This document shows positions 1 to 8,878 of a stretch of 25,631 bases of DNA, in pieces (positions within the stretch are counted from its first letter, which is position 1; every line of letters begins with the position of its first letter). The stretch is from the NCBI GenBank assembly GCA_041742355.1, contig JBGSIV010000001.1, forward strand, positions 1 through 25,631, read 5' to 3'. A program made the position numbers and the translations under genes. Under the pieces are notes generated by a model. It was given only the letters and a program-made list of their open reading frames with translations, made no database searches and was not told where the DNA came from. Source of the stretch: Candidatus Zixiibacteriota bacterium. Lineage in GTDB: Bacteria > Zixibacteria > MSB-5A5 > GN15 > FEB-12.

Positions 1-606
1 CCGCCGGTTGAGTTCCGCCGCCAGAGCACAGAAGCGCTCGATCGGCCACTGCTTGTTCGGATGCGCCGCCCCGGGTGCGATTGTGACCACCAGTCTGTGC
101 TCTTGCAGGAGCGCCTGTATTTCGTCCGGCAGAGACACGCCGGCATCGACTCGCAGCCGCGGACGGAATGCCGGAGTCGTCCCGCCCACCGCAGCCACAG
201 CCTGGTTGTACAGGTCGATCGTATGCGGCCACCCGAAGGGTTTCTCCCCGCCTCTCACCAGGCGCCTCCGTTCCAGACGGCGTTTCGGATACACCGCCTT
301 GTGTGTCGCCGTCACGAGCTGCCGGGTCAACCACGAGCGAGGATTGCCGTGAAGATCCACGATGGCGTCGAAATTCAGGCGGTCGAGATAAAGGAGCAGG
401 CGGATGAGGCCCGATGCCCCGGCGCGCTCGTCGAGGGAAACGACGTCGTCCACGCCGTCGAAACACGCCGCCACCGGCGCAAAGCGGGCTTTGGTGAGAT
501 AGGTCAGCCGGGCGGTTGGAAAGCTCAGTTTGAGGTTGAGCACCGCCGACGACGAGAGAATGATATCGCCCAGCGATCCGAACCGGACGACGAGGATACG
601 CTTCAT
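1..606 (-). CDS. Glycosyltransferase family 9 (LPS heptosyltransferase-like), 3' end runs off the window
   Basis: Absent from the ORF track; translated by hand from ATG at 606: MKRILVVRFGSLGDIILSS...FDAIVDLHGNPRS...VVTIAPGAAHPNKQWPIERF. These are typical GT9 motifs (xLGD, DLH, PGA..KxWP). Starts 1 nt after the uppP stop. Confidence 0.9.
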   Translation of the reverse strand, partial: MKRILVVRFGSLGDIILSSSAVLNLKLSFPTARLTYLTKARFAPVAACFDGVDDVVSLDERAGASGLIRLLLYLDRLNFDAIVDLHGNPRSWLTRQLVTATHKAVYPKRRLERRRLVRGGEKPFGWPHTIDLYNQAVAAVGGTTPAFRPRLRVDAGVSLPDEIQALLQEHRLVVTIAPGAAHPNKQWPIERFCALAAELNRR

Positions 607-607
607 A

Positions 608-1381
608 CTAAAGGAAAATATACAGCCCGAGCGCCCCGACTGCAAAGCAGTAGTATGCGAAGTACTCGAGTTTTCCCCGCCGGACCACGGCCAGAAGGCC
701 GCTGACCGCGGCCAGCCCGAACGCGAACGAAAAGACCGTGGCAACCGCATATTGCCCGGCCAGCGCCCCGGTCACCCCTGCCAGATCGTCCATCTTGAAC
801 ACAATCGCCCCGGCGATCGCCGGGATCGACAGCAGGAAGGAGAACTCGGCCGCCACCGCGGGGCTCACGCCCCAGAAGATCCCGGCCGCGATGGTGCTCC
901 CCGATCGCGAAATTCCCGGGAGAATCGCCACCGCCTGCCCGATACCCATCACAAAGGAGTTCGTGGCCGTAACCGGCTTGTTCCCCCGCAGGAAGTACCG
1001 CGTCGCCAGGAGTATCAGGCCGGTGATAATCAGCTCGATCGACGTCTCCACCGGGTTTCCGAACGTCTTTTCGAAGAAGTCCTCCAGCAGCACGCCGGCC
1101 AATCCCGCCGGGATTGTCCCGATAATCAGGAACAGGATCATCTTCCGCTCCTGCACCATCGTCAGGTCGAACGCCGCCCGGACGAGCGTGGCAATCTGGG
1201 TGCGGAAGTATATGATCACCGCCACGAGGGTGCCGAAGTGCACCATCACCTCGAATGTGATCCCCGGTTCCTTGACCCCCAGGAGCTCCTGAGCCAGCAC
1301 GAGGTGTCCGCTCGAGGAAACCGGCAGGAATTCGGTCAGGCCCTGGATGATGCCGAGTATGATTGCGTCGAGATATGTCAT
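608..1381 (-). CDS. uppP: Undecaprenyl-diphosphate phosphatase (BacA/UppP)
   Basis: Motifs GIIQGLTEFLPVSSSGH and PGISRSGSTI; multiple hydrophobic helices; 257 aa. Confidence 0.97.
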   Translation of the reverse strand: MTYLDAIILGIIQGLTEFLPVSSSGHLVLAQELLGVKEPGITFEVMVHFGTLVAVIIYFRTQIATLVRAAFDLTMVQERKMILFLIIGTIPAGLAGVLLEDFFEKTFGNPVETSIELIITGLILLATRYFLRGNKPVTATNSFVMGIGQAVAILPGISRSGSTIAAGIFWGVSPAVAAEFSFLLSIPAIAGAIVFKMDDLAGVTGALAGQYAVATVFSFAFGLAAVSGLLAVVRRGKLEYFAYYCFAVGALGLYIFL

Positions 1382-1389
1382 GTATTGGA

Positions 1390-1415
1390 TGCCGCCACGG
1401 TCGACCGTGGCGGCA
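1390..1415. other. Perfect 26-bp palindrome (hairpin) in the gap upstream of uppP
   Basis: TGCCGCCACGGTCGACCGTGGCGGCA is its own reverse complement; no U-tract follows on the minus strand. Confidence 0.8.
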
Positions 1416-1429
1416 AGCGTTCACCTTTC

Positions 1430-2080
1430 TTACATCACCAGGAATTCTATTCCGAAGAACACGCCGTCGTTCCCGTCGATCTGAAATTCGCCGTAGGCGT
1501 TGATGGTCTCGTTGATCCTGAGCATCGCCCCGCCGTTGAACCCGAACTCCAGTTCCGAGTCGTCGGCGTCGTCAAGCGGGAAATCGTCGGGGTAGTCGAT
1601 AGAGTAATTCTCTACCCGGATATTGAGCCGGCCATAAGGCGAGAGCGTCATGCCGTTGTTGAGTAGAAACGGATAGGAGCCGATTGAGTATCCGCCCAGC
1701 TGCCATATGGTGGCATCGCCGGGGCTGACAAACTCGAACATCCCGCCGAAGGCCAGCTCGATCGGATTGCGCGACTGCTGGCTGACCGTCCACACCTGGA
1801 ACGTCATGTCGGCGCCGAAGACAATTTCCGCATCCTCGTCGCCGTCGTACAACCCGAGCTTCAGGCGTCCGTCGAGGTAATCGCTGAATCCGTAGCGGAA
1901 CGCCCCGGAGACTGTGGTCGCGTCGGCGATGCCGATGACACCCTGGAACGACGCGTTGCCCATGCCGATGCCGTGGGCGGTTGATACCGTCCCGAAGGCG
2001 CTGCCGACCGCGTTTTTCGCGACCGCGTGCGTACCGGCCAGCAAACCCAGAACCATAACAGACAGAAGCACTTTCTTCAT
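1430..2080 (-). CDS. Secreted, putative small outer-membrane beta-barrel protein (paralog 1)
   Basis: Start set at ATG 2080 after GGAAGGA. Signal peptide MKKVLLSVMVLGLLAGTHAVA; alternating aromatic/Gly beta-strand pattern; C-terminus YGEFQIDGNDGVFFGIEFLVM. Confidence 0.75.
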   Translation of the reverse strand: MKKVLLSVMVLGLLAGTHAVAKNAVGSAFGTVSTAHGIGMGNASFQGVIGIADATTVSGAFRYGFSDYLDGRLKLGLYDGDEDAEIVFGADMTFQVWTVSQQSRNPIELAFGGMFEFVSPGDATIWQLGGYSIGSYPFLLNNGMTLSPYGRLNIRVENYSIDYPDDFPLDDADDSELEFGFNGGAMLRINETINAYGEFQIDGNDGVFFGIEFLVM

Positions 2081-2224
2081 TGTCGTATCCTTCCCTGAAT
2101 GTGGGATCACTCTATTGTGCATGTCATGATGCTATCCAAGGTCGGGAGTTCATCGACAGCCCGTCAACCAAAAACACCGCCTCTGCTTCTCCGCGGATTG
2201 CCGTCTTCAATTGCTCGTCGCGTT

Positions 2225-2866
2225 TCATCGCAAAAAGAACTCCGCGCCGAGGAAGATACCGTCGTTGCCGTCGATCTGAAACTCGCCGTAAACGCTGAAT
2301 GACCGCGTGACATCGAGCCGCGCGCCGCCGTTGAAACCCAGCTCCAGTTCGGAAGAGTCATCCGCGGTGGCATCGTCGGAAATGTCTTCGACCCGGACGT
2401 TGAGCCGCCCGTACGGGGCGAGCGTCATGCCGTTGCCGAGGCGAACAGGGTAGGATCCCACGGTGAACCCGCCGATCTGCCAGATGTCATGCGCCTCGGA
2501 ATTCCACACCTCGGCCATGCCGCCAAACGCGAGGTTGATCGGGTCCCCGCCGCGCACATCCCGCGTGAGCACCTGGAACATCAGGTCCACCCCGAAAACG
2601 GTCTCGGCGTCGGTGCCCCCTTCATCGCGGAGGCCGAGTTTCACGCGACCGTCGAGGTTGTCCGCCACACCGTAGCGCAACGCCCCGAAGGCCGTGCTGG
2701 CATCCCCCAAGCCGAGCCCGGCGATAACCGATACTTCGCCCCGGCCGATCGTCTCCCCGGTCGACAGGGTGCCGAACGATCCTCCGACGTTCCATGCCGC
2801 CTGGGCCGTGCCGACTCCCATCACCAGAGTCATTGCAGCCGCCCGGAGAAGTAACCTTCGTGACAT
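2225..2866 (-). CDS. Secreted, putative small outer-membrane beta-barrel protein (paralog 2)
   Basis: Signal peptide ending AQA/AQAA; collinear with paralog 1 (LDGRxKLGL, LAFGGM, NGMTLxPYGRLNxRVE, DDSELExGFNGGA, YGEFQIDGNDG). Start is ATG 2866 or GTG 2872. Confidence 0.75.
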   Translation of the reverse strand: MSRRLLLRAAAMTLVMGVGTAQAAWNVGGSFGTLSTGETIGRGEVSVIAGLGLGDASTAFGALRYGVADNLDGRVKLGLRDEGGTDAETVFGVDLMFQVLTRDVRGGDPINLAFGGMAEVWNSEAHDIWQIGGFTVGSYPVRLGNGMTLAPYGRLNVRVEDISDDATADDSSELELGFNGGARLDVTRSFSVYGEFQIDGNDGIFLGAEFFLR

Positions 2867-3066
2867 ACTCACTACCCTTCACCCTCAAACCAGAGTTCTC
2901 TTCCGGACATGCGGAACGCCATGCCCGTCCACCTCGACCGTGGAGGACGGATCCCTCCTTCCGGCCACACTCCCATTAAACGGATATTCGGGCCGGTTGT
3001 TCGTATTCAAATGTTACTGATGGGAAGGACCGATCTTCGGAAGGTCGGCACGCCGCCCTTCCGGGC

Positions 3067-4182
3067 CTACTCTTCCTGGCTCAGGTAGGCCAGCGCCTCC
3101 TGGCGGAGACGTTCCACATTGAAACCCCGCAGCTCAACGGTCTCAAGGAACCGCAGAAACTCGTGATCCAGCCGGCCGATCGCCGCCCGCCCGAACGCCT
3201 GCCCCGCCTCCTCCGATTTCGCCCGCTGGAAACTCACATCCAGCGCATACGACTTCTGCTTCAAATCGGCGATCACCTCCGCCGGCATTGTCTTGAGCGT
3301 CTCCTCGGTCACCCCCTCGACTCGCACCCGCACGATCTTGTTCTCGCTCCCGACCGCCTCGACCTTCGCCTTGATCATCTCGGCCAGCTGGTCCCCCCGC
3401 TTGCCGGTCGCATCGATCGTCTGGATATCGACCATTTCCCGTGCCGCCACTTCGTGAAACTTCACTCCAAACGGATCGAGGTTGACCTCCAGAAACCCCT
3501 TGGAGGCCTCCCGCTCGGCCTGTGAGAGGCGTTCGCTTGAACCACAGTACCATGCGGCCCTCCCCACCTCGCAGTAGTTGTGGTAGTGTCCCAGCGCGAT
3601 ATAATGGAATCCGGCCAGCCCGTTCAGGTCGATCTCCTGCTCCCCGAGGTCGGCCATCGCGAACTCCGGCATCCCCGCCACCACGCCGTGCCCGACAAAG
3701 ATGTCGAACCGTGCCGAACCGTCCGGCACGCACTTCTTCAACTCGGCCTGCAGGATCGGACCCGTCAGGCAGTGCGGCAGCGCATACACCGCCGCCTCCC
3801 CGATCCGGAATATCTCAAGCTGGCCGCAGGAGGCTATGTAGAGATTGTCAATCTGACGGTAGACATCGAGCGGCGCGCCTACATACGGCTGCTTGTTGGC
3901 GTCGTGGTTGCCGCTGATTATGACCGTGGGAATCCCCGCCACTTCGGCCAGCCGGTGCAACTGCTCTCCGGCGACCGCGAGGATCCGGTTGAGCGGCCGC
4001 ACCGCGTCGAAAAGATCCCCCGCGTGAATGCAGATATCCGGCCGCAGGGCGATGATCTTGTCGACCGCCTCGACAAACGTGGCGATAACATCTTCCTGAC
4101 GGCGGGTCAGTCCTGTTTCGCCGCGCCGGGCGTGGGTCGCGCCCGCTCCCAAATGGGTATCACCGAGGTGGCATATTCGCAT
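3067..4182 (-). CDS. sbcD: SbcD/Mre11-family metallophosphoesterase DNA repair exonuclease
   Basis: MRICHLGDTHLG, AGDLFD, SGNHD, GH, ALGHYH and YCGSSERLSQAE motifs. Start moved to ATG 4182 because the first motif begins there. Confidence 0.88.
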   Translation of the reverse strand: MRICHLGDTHLGAGATHARRGETGLTRRQEDVIATFVEAVDKIIALRPDICIHAGDLFDAVRPLNRILAVAGEQLHRLAEVAGIPTVIISGNHDANKQPYVGAPLDVYRQIDNLYIASCGQLEIFRIGEAAVYALPHCLTGPILQAELKKCVPDGSARFDIFVGHGVVAGMPEFAMADLGEQEIDLNGLAGFHYIALGHYHNYCEVGRAAWYCGSSERLSQAEREASKGFLEVNLDPFGVKFHEVAAREMVDIQTIDATGKRGDQLAEMIKAKVEAVGSENKIVRVRVEGVTEETLKTMPAEVIADLKQKSYALDVSFQRAKSEEAGQAFGRAAIGRLDHEFLRFLETVELRGFNVERLRQEALAYLSQEE

Positions 4183-4268
4183 GTCCGTGAATATATAGGA
4201 AACTGCGCGACCGCAGTATCGCAAAAAGTGGTTGAGGGGCTGATTCAGGATCCGGCTGGGTTCAGAGT

Positions 4269-4296
4269 ATGCCCGGCGGCCGTAACAGCCGGGCAT
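4269..4296 (-). terminator. Hairpin downstream of the NtrC-family gene (possible terminator or stabiliser)
   Basis: ATGCCCGGC-N10-GCCGGGCAT; no clear U-tract. Confidence 0.4.
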
Positions 4297-4324
4297 GTAC
4301 AGGCTCAGGCTGGCATGAAGACGA

Positions 4325-5755
4325 TTAGTAGATGCCGTACCGGGATATGCGGTCGCGCAGCGTATTGCGCGAAATCCCAAGGGCTTCCGAGGTTTTCACC
4401 TGGTTGCCGTCGTATTGCTTCAGACAGGACGCAATCACCGCACGCTCGAACGCCGACTCGAGGAAGTGGAACACCTGTCCATTGTTGTTCGAAATCAGCT
4501 TCGGCATGATCGGCTCGATTATCTTGCGGAACGTCTCGGTATAATCTTCCTGCAGCTCGTTGAGGTTGACCTCAACCCGGCTAGTGCTCTCGGTGAAGAT
4601 CGGGAAGTCCTCCGACTCCAGTTCGTCTCCCTTGGCGATCACCAGCGCTGTCTGGATGTTGTTCTCCAGCTCGCGCACATTTCCGGGCCAGTGGTACTTG
4701 CCCAGCATCTGCATCGCCCGGCGCGACACCTGTTTCGGGGGGCGGTTGAGCTGCCGCGAGTAGCGGCGAATGAAGTGATCGACCAGCAGTTGCAGATCGC
4801 TCCGGCGCTCCCGCAGGGGCGGCAGGTAGATCGAGAACACCTTCAGCCGGTAGAACAGGTCCACGCGGAAGGAGCCCTCTTTCATCGCCTGCACGAGCGA
4901 CTTGTTGGTCGCCGCGATTATCCGGACATCCGCCTCTATCGTCTCATTTCCGCCGACCCGCTCGAACTTCTTCTCCTGCAGAACGCGCAGGAGCTTCGAC
5001 TGGGTCAGCATCGACATGTCACCGATTTCGTCGAGGAACAGCGTCCCCTTGGCGCACTGTTCGAACTTTCCGATCCGCTTGAAATAGGCCCCGGTGAACG
5101 CTCCCTTCTCGTGGCCAAACAGCTCCGACTCCAGGAGTGTCTCGTGGAGCGCGGCGCAGTTGACCGAGAGGAAATCGTTGTGCCGGCGGTTGGAGTTGCG
5201 GTGAATCGCCCTGGCCACCAGTTCCTTGCCGGTCCCGGACTCGCCGAAGATCAGCACGGCGGCGTCGGTCTTGGCCACCTGCCCGATCAGCTTGGCGATC
5301 TCCACGATCTCCGGCGACTGGCCCACGATCTCCTGCACGCTCGAATCGTAGTTGGCGTCGGCCGCCGCCGGGCTCACCCGACGGCCCGGAGTCGAGTACC
5401 CGCAGGCTTTGGTCACCGTGTCGATCAGCTTCTCGATCTGGAACGGCTTGGTCAGGTACTCGAACGCACCCTCCCGCATCGCCTCGATCGCATTCTCCGT
5501 CGACACGAAACCGGAGATCACGATCACCGGAAGCTGGTCGCGGATCTGCTTGATCTGACGGAGGACCTCGAGGCCCGACATCGACGGCAGGTTGACGTCG
5601 AGCATCACGACGTCGATGTCCTGATGGTTGCTGACGAAGTGCGGGACTTCCGTCCCGTCTTCGAGGAACTTGAAATTGAACTTGTCGCTGTCAAACAAGT
5701 TGGCCAGCGATGAGGAGAGATCCCGGTCGTCGTCTACAAGCAGTATGTTTTTCAT
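4325..5755 (-). CDS. Sigma54-dependent response regulator (NtrC family: REC, AAA+, Fis-type HTH)
   Basis: LLVDDD, MLDVNLP and LTKPF receiver motifs; GESGTGKE Walker A; intact GAFTGA; FLDEI Walker B; WPGNVREL; C-terminal HTH. Start is ATG 5755 or ATG 5770. Confidence 0.96.
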   Translation of the reverse strand: MKNILLVDDDRDLSSSLANLFDSDKFNFKFLEDGTEVPHFVSNHQDIDVVMLDVNLPSMSGLEVLRQIKQIRDQLPVIVISGFVSTENAIEAMREGAFEYLTKPFQIEKLIDTVTKACGYSTPGRRVSPAAADANYDSSVQEIVGQSPEIVEIAKLIGQVAKTDAAVLIFGESGTGKELVARAIHRNSNRRHNDFLSVNCAALHETLLESELFGHEKGAFTGAYFKRIGKFEQCAKGTLFLDEIGDMSMLTQSKLLRVLQEKKFERVGGNETIEADVRIIAATNKSLVQAMKEGSFRVDLFYRLKVFSIYLPPLRERRSDLQLLVDHFIRRYSRQLNRPPKQVSRRAMQMLGKYHWPGNVRELENNIQTALVIAKGDELESEDFPIFTESTSRVEVNLNELQEDYTETFRKIIEPIMPKLISNNNGQVFHFLESAFERAVIASCLKQYDGNQVKTSEALGISRNTLRDRISRYGIY

Positions 5756-5981
5756 TTGCGTTTTCACCATTCAATACGACACTCGTATTATCGGCGAAAC
5801 AGCGGAATCTTGAAGGGGGAGTCCGGCACGCTGAAGGGAAAAGGCGCGATTGCCGCCGCTTTTTTTCACCGCCCTGCCGAAGCGTGACAGGCGCAGTTTC
5901 GAAATGCAACACCGACACTGGGCGCGTTCCCGCTACCCGACGGCGACGTTGAGACAGTTGTACGGAGAAGGCCCGAAGAAG

Positions 5982-6827
5982 TTAGTCTTCCTGGTCGGCC
6001 AGCAGGCGCACAGCCAGGCCCATCCAGAAGAATCCCACGATGACATCGACAACCAGCCCCGCCAGCAGCAGGTAGTACACCAGCTCCGGCCGGAACAGGT
6101 CGACAATCGTGTAGGGTGAATTGGCGAGATTGGAAATGGCCAGCGGAACCGCCAGCACGAGTGCCGCCATAACCACCGAGGTTCCGGGATTCCTCCAGAA
6201 CACCCGGAGGGACCGCTTCAGCGCCCCGAAGATGTTCTCCCGGTACACCGCCACCGCCGGGATCACGTAGAAGAGCGCCCCGACAATGACCGCGTAAATC
6301 GCCGGAAGCCCCAGCCACTGGAAGGCCATCTGACGCCGGGGCGAGTACTCCAGCACCGGTTTCAGTAAATCCGGCAGCACAACATTCACCACGAGGATAA
6401 TCCCGTTGATTACGACCAGTCCGAGCGCCAGGTGTCCCCAGAGGCGCACGACCTGGTTGAACCGGAATCGATCGTCCGGATCGACATCGACAAACCGCTC
6501 GTAGAAGAGGATCGCGACCGCTCCGAACAGGAGGCTCTCCAGCACGACACTCAGCAGCAGCTTGGCCCACTCGAAGAAATAGGGCAGCAGGATGAAATGC
6601 CCCCGGTAGTGCGTGAACCCGGTCGCCCGCTGCTCATCGATGAGATTTGTCCACGCCCCGATCAGCCCGCCGAACAGCGGACTCGTGAAATTGTAGTGCG
6701 CGTACAGGACCAGCCAGCAGACGGCGAAGTATATGAACAGGTACCCCCAGATCCGCCCCCGGCCGATCTGCCGGAAGACGTCGATCACGAGGCTGATCAG
6801 CCGGTTGATTGCTTCTACCATAGTCAT
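5982..6827 (-). CDS. Polytopic membrane protein of unknown function
   Basis: 281-aa ORF with about 6 hydrophobic segments; GAGGAG Shine-Dalgarno upstream. Confidence 0.75.
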   Translation of the reverse strand: MTMVEAINRLISLVIDVFRQIGRGRIWGYLFIYFAVCWLVLYAHYNFTSPLFGGLIGAWTNLIDEQRATGFTHYRGHFILLPYFFEWAKLLLSVVLESLLFGAVAILFYERFVDVDPDDRFRFNQVVRLWGHLALGLVVINGIILVVNVVLPDLLKPVLEYSPRRQMAFQWLGLPAIYAVIVGALFYVIPAVAVYRENIFGALKRSLRVFWRNPGTSVVMAALVLAVPLAISNLANSPYTIVDLFRPELVYYLLLAGLVVDVIVGFFWMGLAVRLLADQED

Positions 6828-6856
6828 CGCCGTGCTCCTCTTCCCCGTCCTCTAAT

Positions 6857-8128
6857 CTACCGGCCCGCCGGCGTCGTAGCCGACGCGACGTTGGAACCCG
6901 CCGACAGCCCGCTCTGATCCCGGACATACACGCGGTAGTAGTACGTCGTGGCCGCCGCGACGCTCGTATCCCGGTACGATATTGTCGCCTGGCCCTCAAG
7001 CGTCGTCAGCAGCGTCGAGCTCAGGTTGACATTGGCGTTCGAGCCGCGGTAGACCCGGTAGGCGGCGAAATTGCCCGATACCGAGCGCGTCCAGGTCAGC
7101 TCGACCACCGAGTCCGAAAGCGCTTCCACCGACAGCGTCACCGGCAGCGGCGTCGCAAAAACCGTCAGCGGACGAGTCGCGGATTGTTGTGAAATCCGGT
7201 TCACCGCCCGATCCGTGAACGAACCGAGCACGACACCGTTGTTGAGCGAGAAGTTGAGCGGCACCGTCCAGTTGTAGTGGTACTTGCCGTCGTTCGCCAC
7301 CGGATCGCCGTTGGTGCCGTTGTCGAAGAGCACCAGCCCGCTCGCCCCGGTAAACGAAACCGTGGCGCTGCCGCCGGCCTCGCCGGCGTCCAGGCCGAAC
7401 GTTATCACCTCGCCGGTCGCGAAGAATCCGTCCGCGCCGGGGGAGTTAAAATAGACACTGTCAATCTTGGCATACGTGTCGAGGTAAATCGAATCGACCA
7501 GCGTCTGCGCCGTCGCCGTGCCGTCGTCGAACTGCAGCCGGGCGTACACCCGCTTTATCCCGTCGCCGGTCGAAAGGACATACGGCGTCTGCGTCCCGGA
7601 CAGGAGCTGGTAGTCCGATCCCGCGAGGAGGGGATCTTCCGAGACCAGCGCGTGGGTCGCCACCCCGGCCGGAAGATTCGCGCGCACCTGGACGTTCCGA
7701 TCCGAGGTATACTCGGCGCCGCCATTAATGGCGATCGACAGGTGCAGCACCCGCGCCGACACCGCCTCGGAGCGATCCCACTCGAGGCCCGAAGCCGCGA
7801 CCGCCGCCACCTTGAAGTAGTAGCGCTGGTTGGGCGGCAGACCCAGGAGAGTAATGCTCGTCGAGGTCGTCGAGTCCCGCAGCACATAGGTGGTGCTATC
7901 GTCCACCGGCGCCGTATACACCCGGTACCGCAGCACGCCCGAGGGATCGGGCATCTGCCAGGTGAGCACGACCGCCGACTCGATCAACTCCGCCGTCAGG
8001 TTGGTCGGCACCGGCCCCTGGTCGGGGTACGGGCGAACCGGATCGTTGGATTCAATGTACCGGTCACAGGCGACACCCAGGACGAGCGCAGCGATGACGA
8101 TGGAAAGCAGGGTGTTCTTCCAATTCAC
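6857..8128 (-). CDS. Lipoprotein with N- and C-terminal fibronectin type III domains and a choice-of-anchor-X-like motif
   Basis: Lipobox LGVA-C. FN3 signatures VVLTW...YRVY...LPPNQRYYFKVAAV and VELTW...YRVYR...YYYRVYV. Motif LFDNGTNGDPVANDGKY. Confidence 0.85.
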   Translation of the reverse strand: MNWKNTLLSIVIAALVLGVACDRYIESNDPVRPYPDQGPVPTNLTAELIESAVVLTWQMPDPSGVLRYRVYTAPVDDSTTYVLRDSTTSTSITLLGLPPNQRYYFKVAAVAASGLEWDRSEAVSARVLHLSIAINGGAEYTSDRNVQVRANLPAGVATHALVSEDPLLAGSDYQLLSGTQTPYVLSTGDGIKRVYARLQFDDGTATAQTLVDSIYLDTYAKIDSVYFNSPGADGFFATGEVITFGLDAGEAGGSATVSFTGASGLVLFDNGTNGDPVANDGKYHYNWTVPLNFSLNNGVVLGSFTDRAVNRISQQSATRPLTVFATPLPVTLSVEALSDSVVELTWTRSVSGNFAAYRVYRGSNANVNLSSTLLTTLEGQATISYRDTSVAAATTYYYRVYVRDQSGLSAGSNVASATTPAGR

Positions 8129-8143
8129 GATGTACTGGCTCCG

Positions 8144-8878
8144 CTAAAAGGCTCTGCTCAGGGTCACGCCGACTCCGCCGTTGACGGCGCCGGGCGTGAC
8201 CGCCACTCCTTTGATCGAGAACGTGTTCTCCTCATCGGGGAAGAAGAAGAGCACATCGATCATATTCAGTGCCCACACGCCAGCCGCCACCCCGATGGTG
8301 ACCCGGCGAATGTCCTCGGCGTCGCGGGCTTCCGACTGCGCATCCTGCAGCCGATCCCACGCCCGCTCCAACTCCCCCTCCGTGCCGTCGACCAGCAGCG
8401 AGTCGTACTCGTCCTGCCGCTCGTTGAAAATATCGTGCTTGTCGTCAAACTTGTTGTCGGCCCAGAGAAACGCGAGTCCCGACCCGATCGCGGCCACGAA
8501 GAACCCGGTCGCCTTGGCCGGCTCATCGGCGTACTTCTGCCCCCAACCCGGAATGAAGAACGACCGGGCCGCCGCCGCCTTCAGGCGGGTCTTGCGGGAC
8601 AGATCGACATCGACGGAAATCTGCTTGGTCGGGTCAAGGACGAGCTTGCTCTTGTAGGTCTCCCAACCGGCCTTCTCCACCTTGAGCTCGTAATCGCCGA
8701 TCAGCGGCTGACGGAAGTGTATCGGGGCAACCCCCGACACCGTCGCCTCCCCGCCCAGCGTAACCTGCGCCCCCGGCGGCGTCGTCGTGATCACCACCCC
8801 CGGCTGCACGTCCGTCTGCGCCAGGACGGCGACAGGCAGAAGCGCGGCCGCGCACAGTAATGCCAAATTCCGTTTCAG
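8144..8878 (-). CDS. Secreted PEGA-domain protein with DUF5683-like C-terminal region
   Basis: Signal peptide; PEGA-like ITTTPPGAQVTL...GDYELKVEKAGWE; RSFFIPGWGQKY; terminal Phe. Start uncertain (CTG 8878, TTG 8866 or further upstream). Confidence 0.75.
   Translation of the reverse strand: MKRNLALLCAAALLPVAVLAQTDVQPGVVITTTPPGAQVTLGGEATVSGVAPIHFRQPLIGDYELKVEKAGWETYKSKLVLDPTKQISVDVDLSRKTRLKAAAARSFFIPGWGQKYADEPAKATGFFVAAIGSGLAFLWADNKFDDKHDIFNERQDEYDSLLVDGTEGELERAWDRLQDAQSEARDAEDIRRVTIGVAAGVWALNMIDVLFFFPDEENTFSIKGVAVTPGAVNGGVGVTLSRAF

Noticed and set aside
4202..4217. E. coli-type LexA box upstream of sbcD
   Set aside because: Spacing is CTG-N8-CAG rather than CTG-N10-CAG; kept only as an unassigned palindrome.
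4183..4380. N-terminal extensions given by the ORF track (sbcD here; likewise apt, acylphosphatase, PEGA, large protein)
   Set aside because: They overlap neighbouring genes or regulatory DNA; family motifs, signal peptides and SD sites point to downstream starts.
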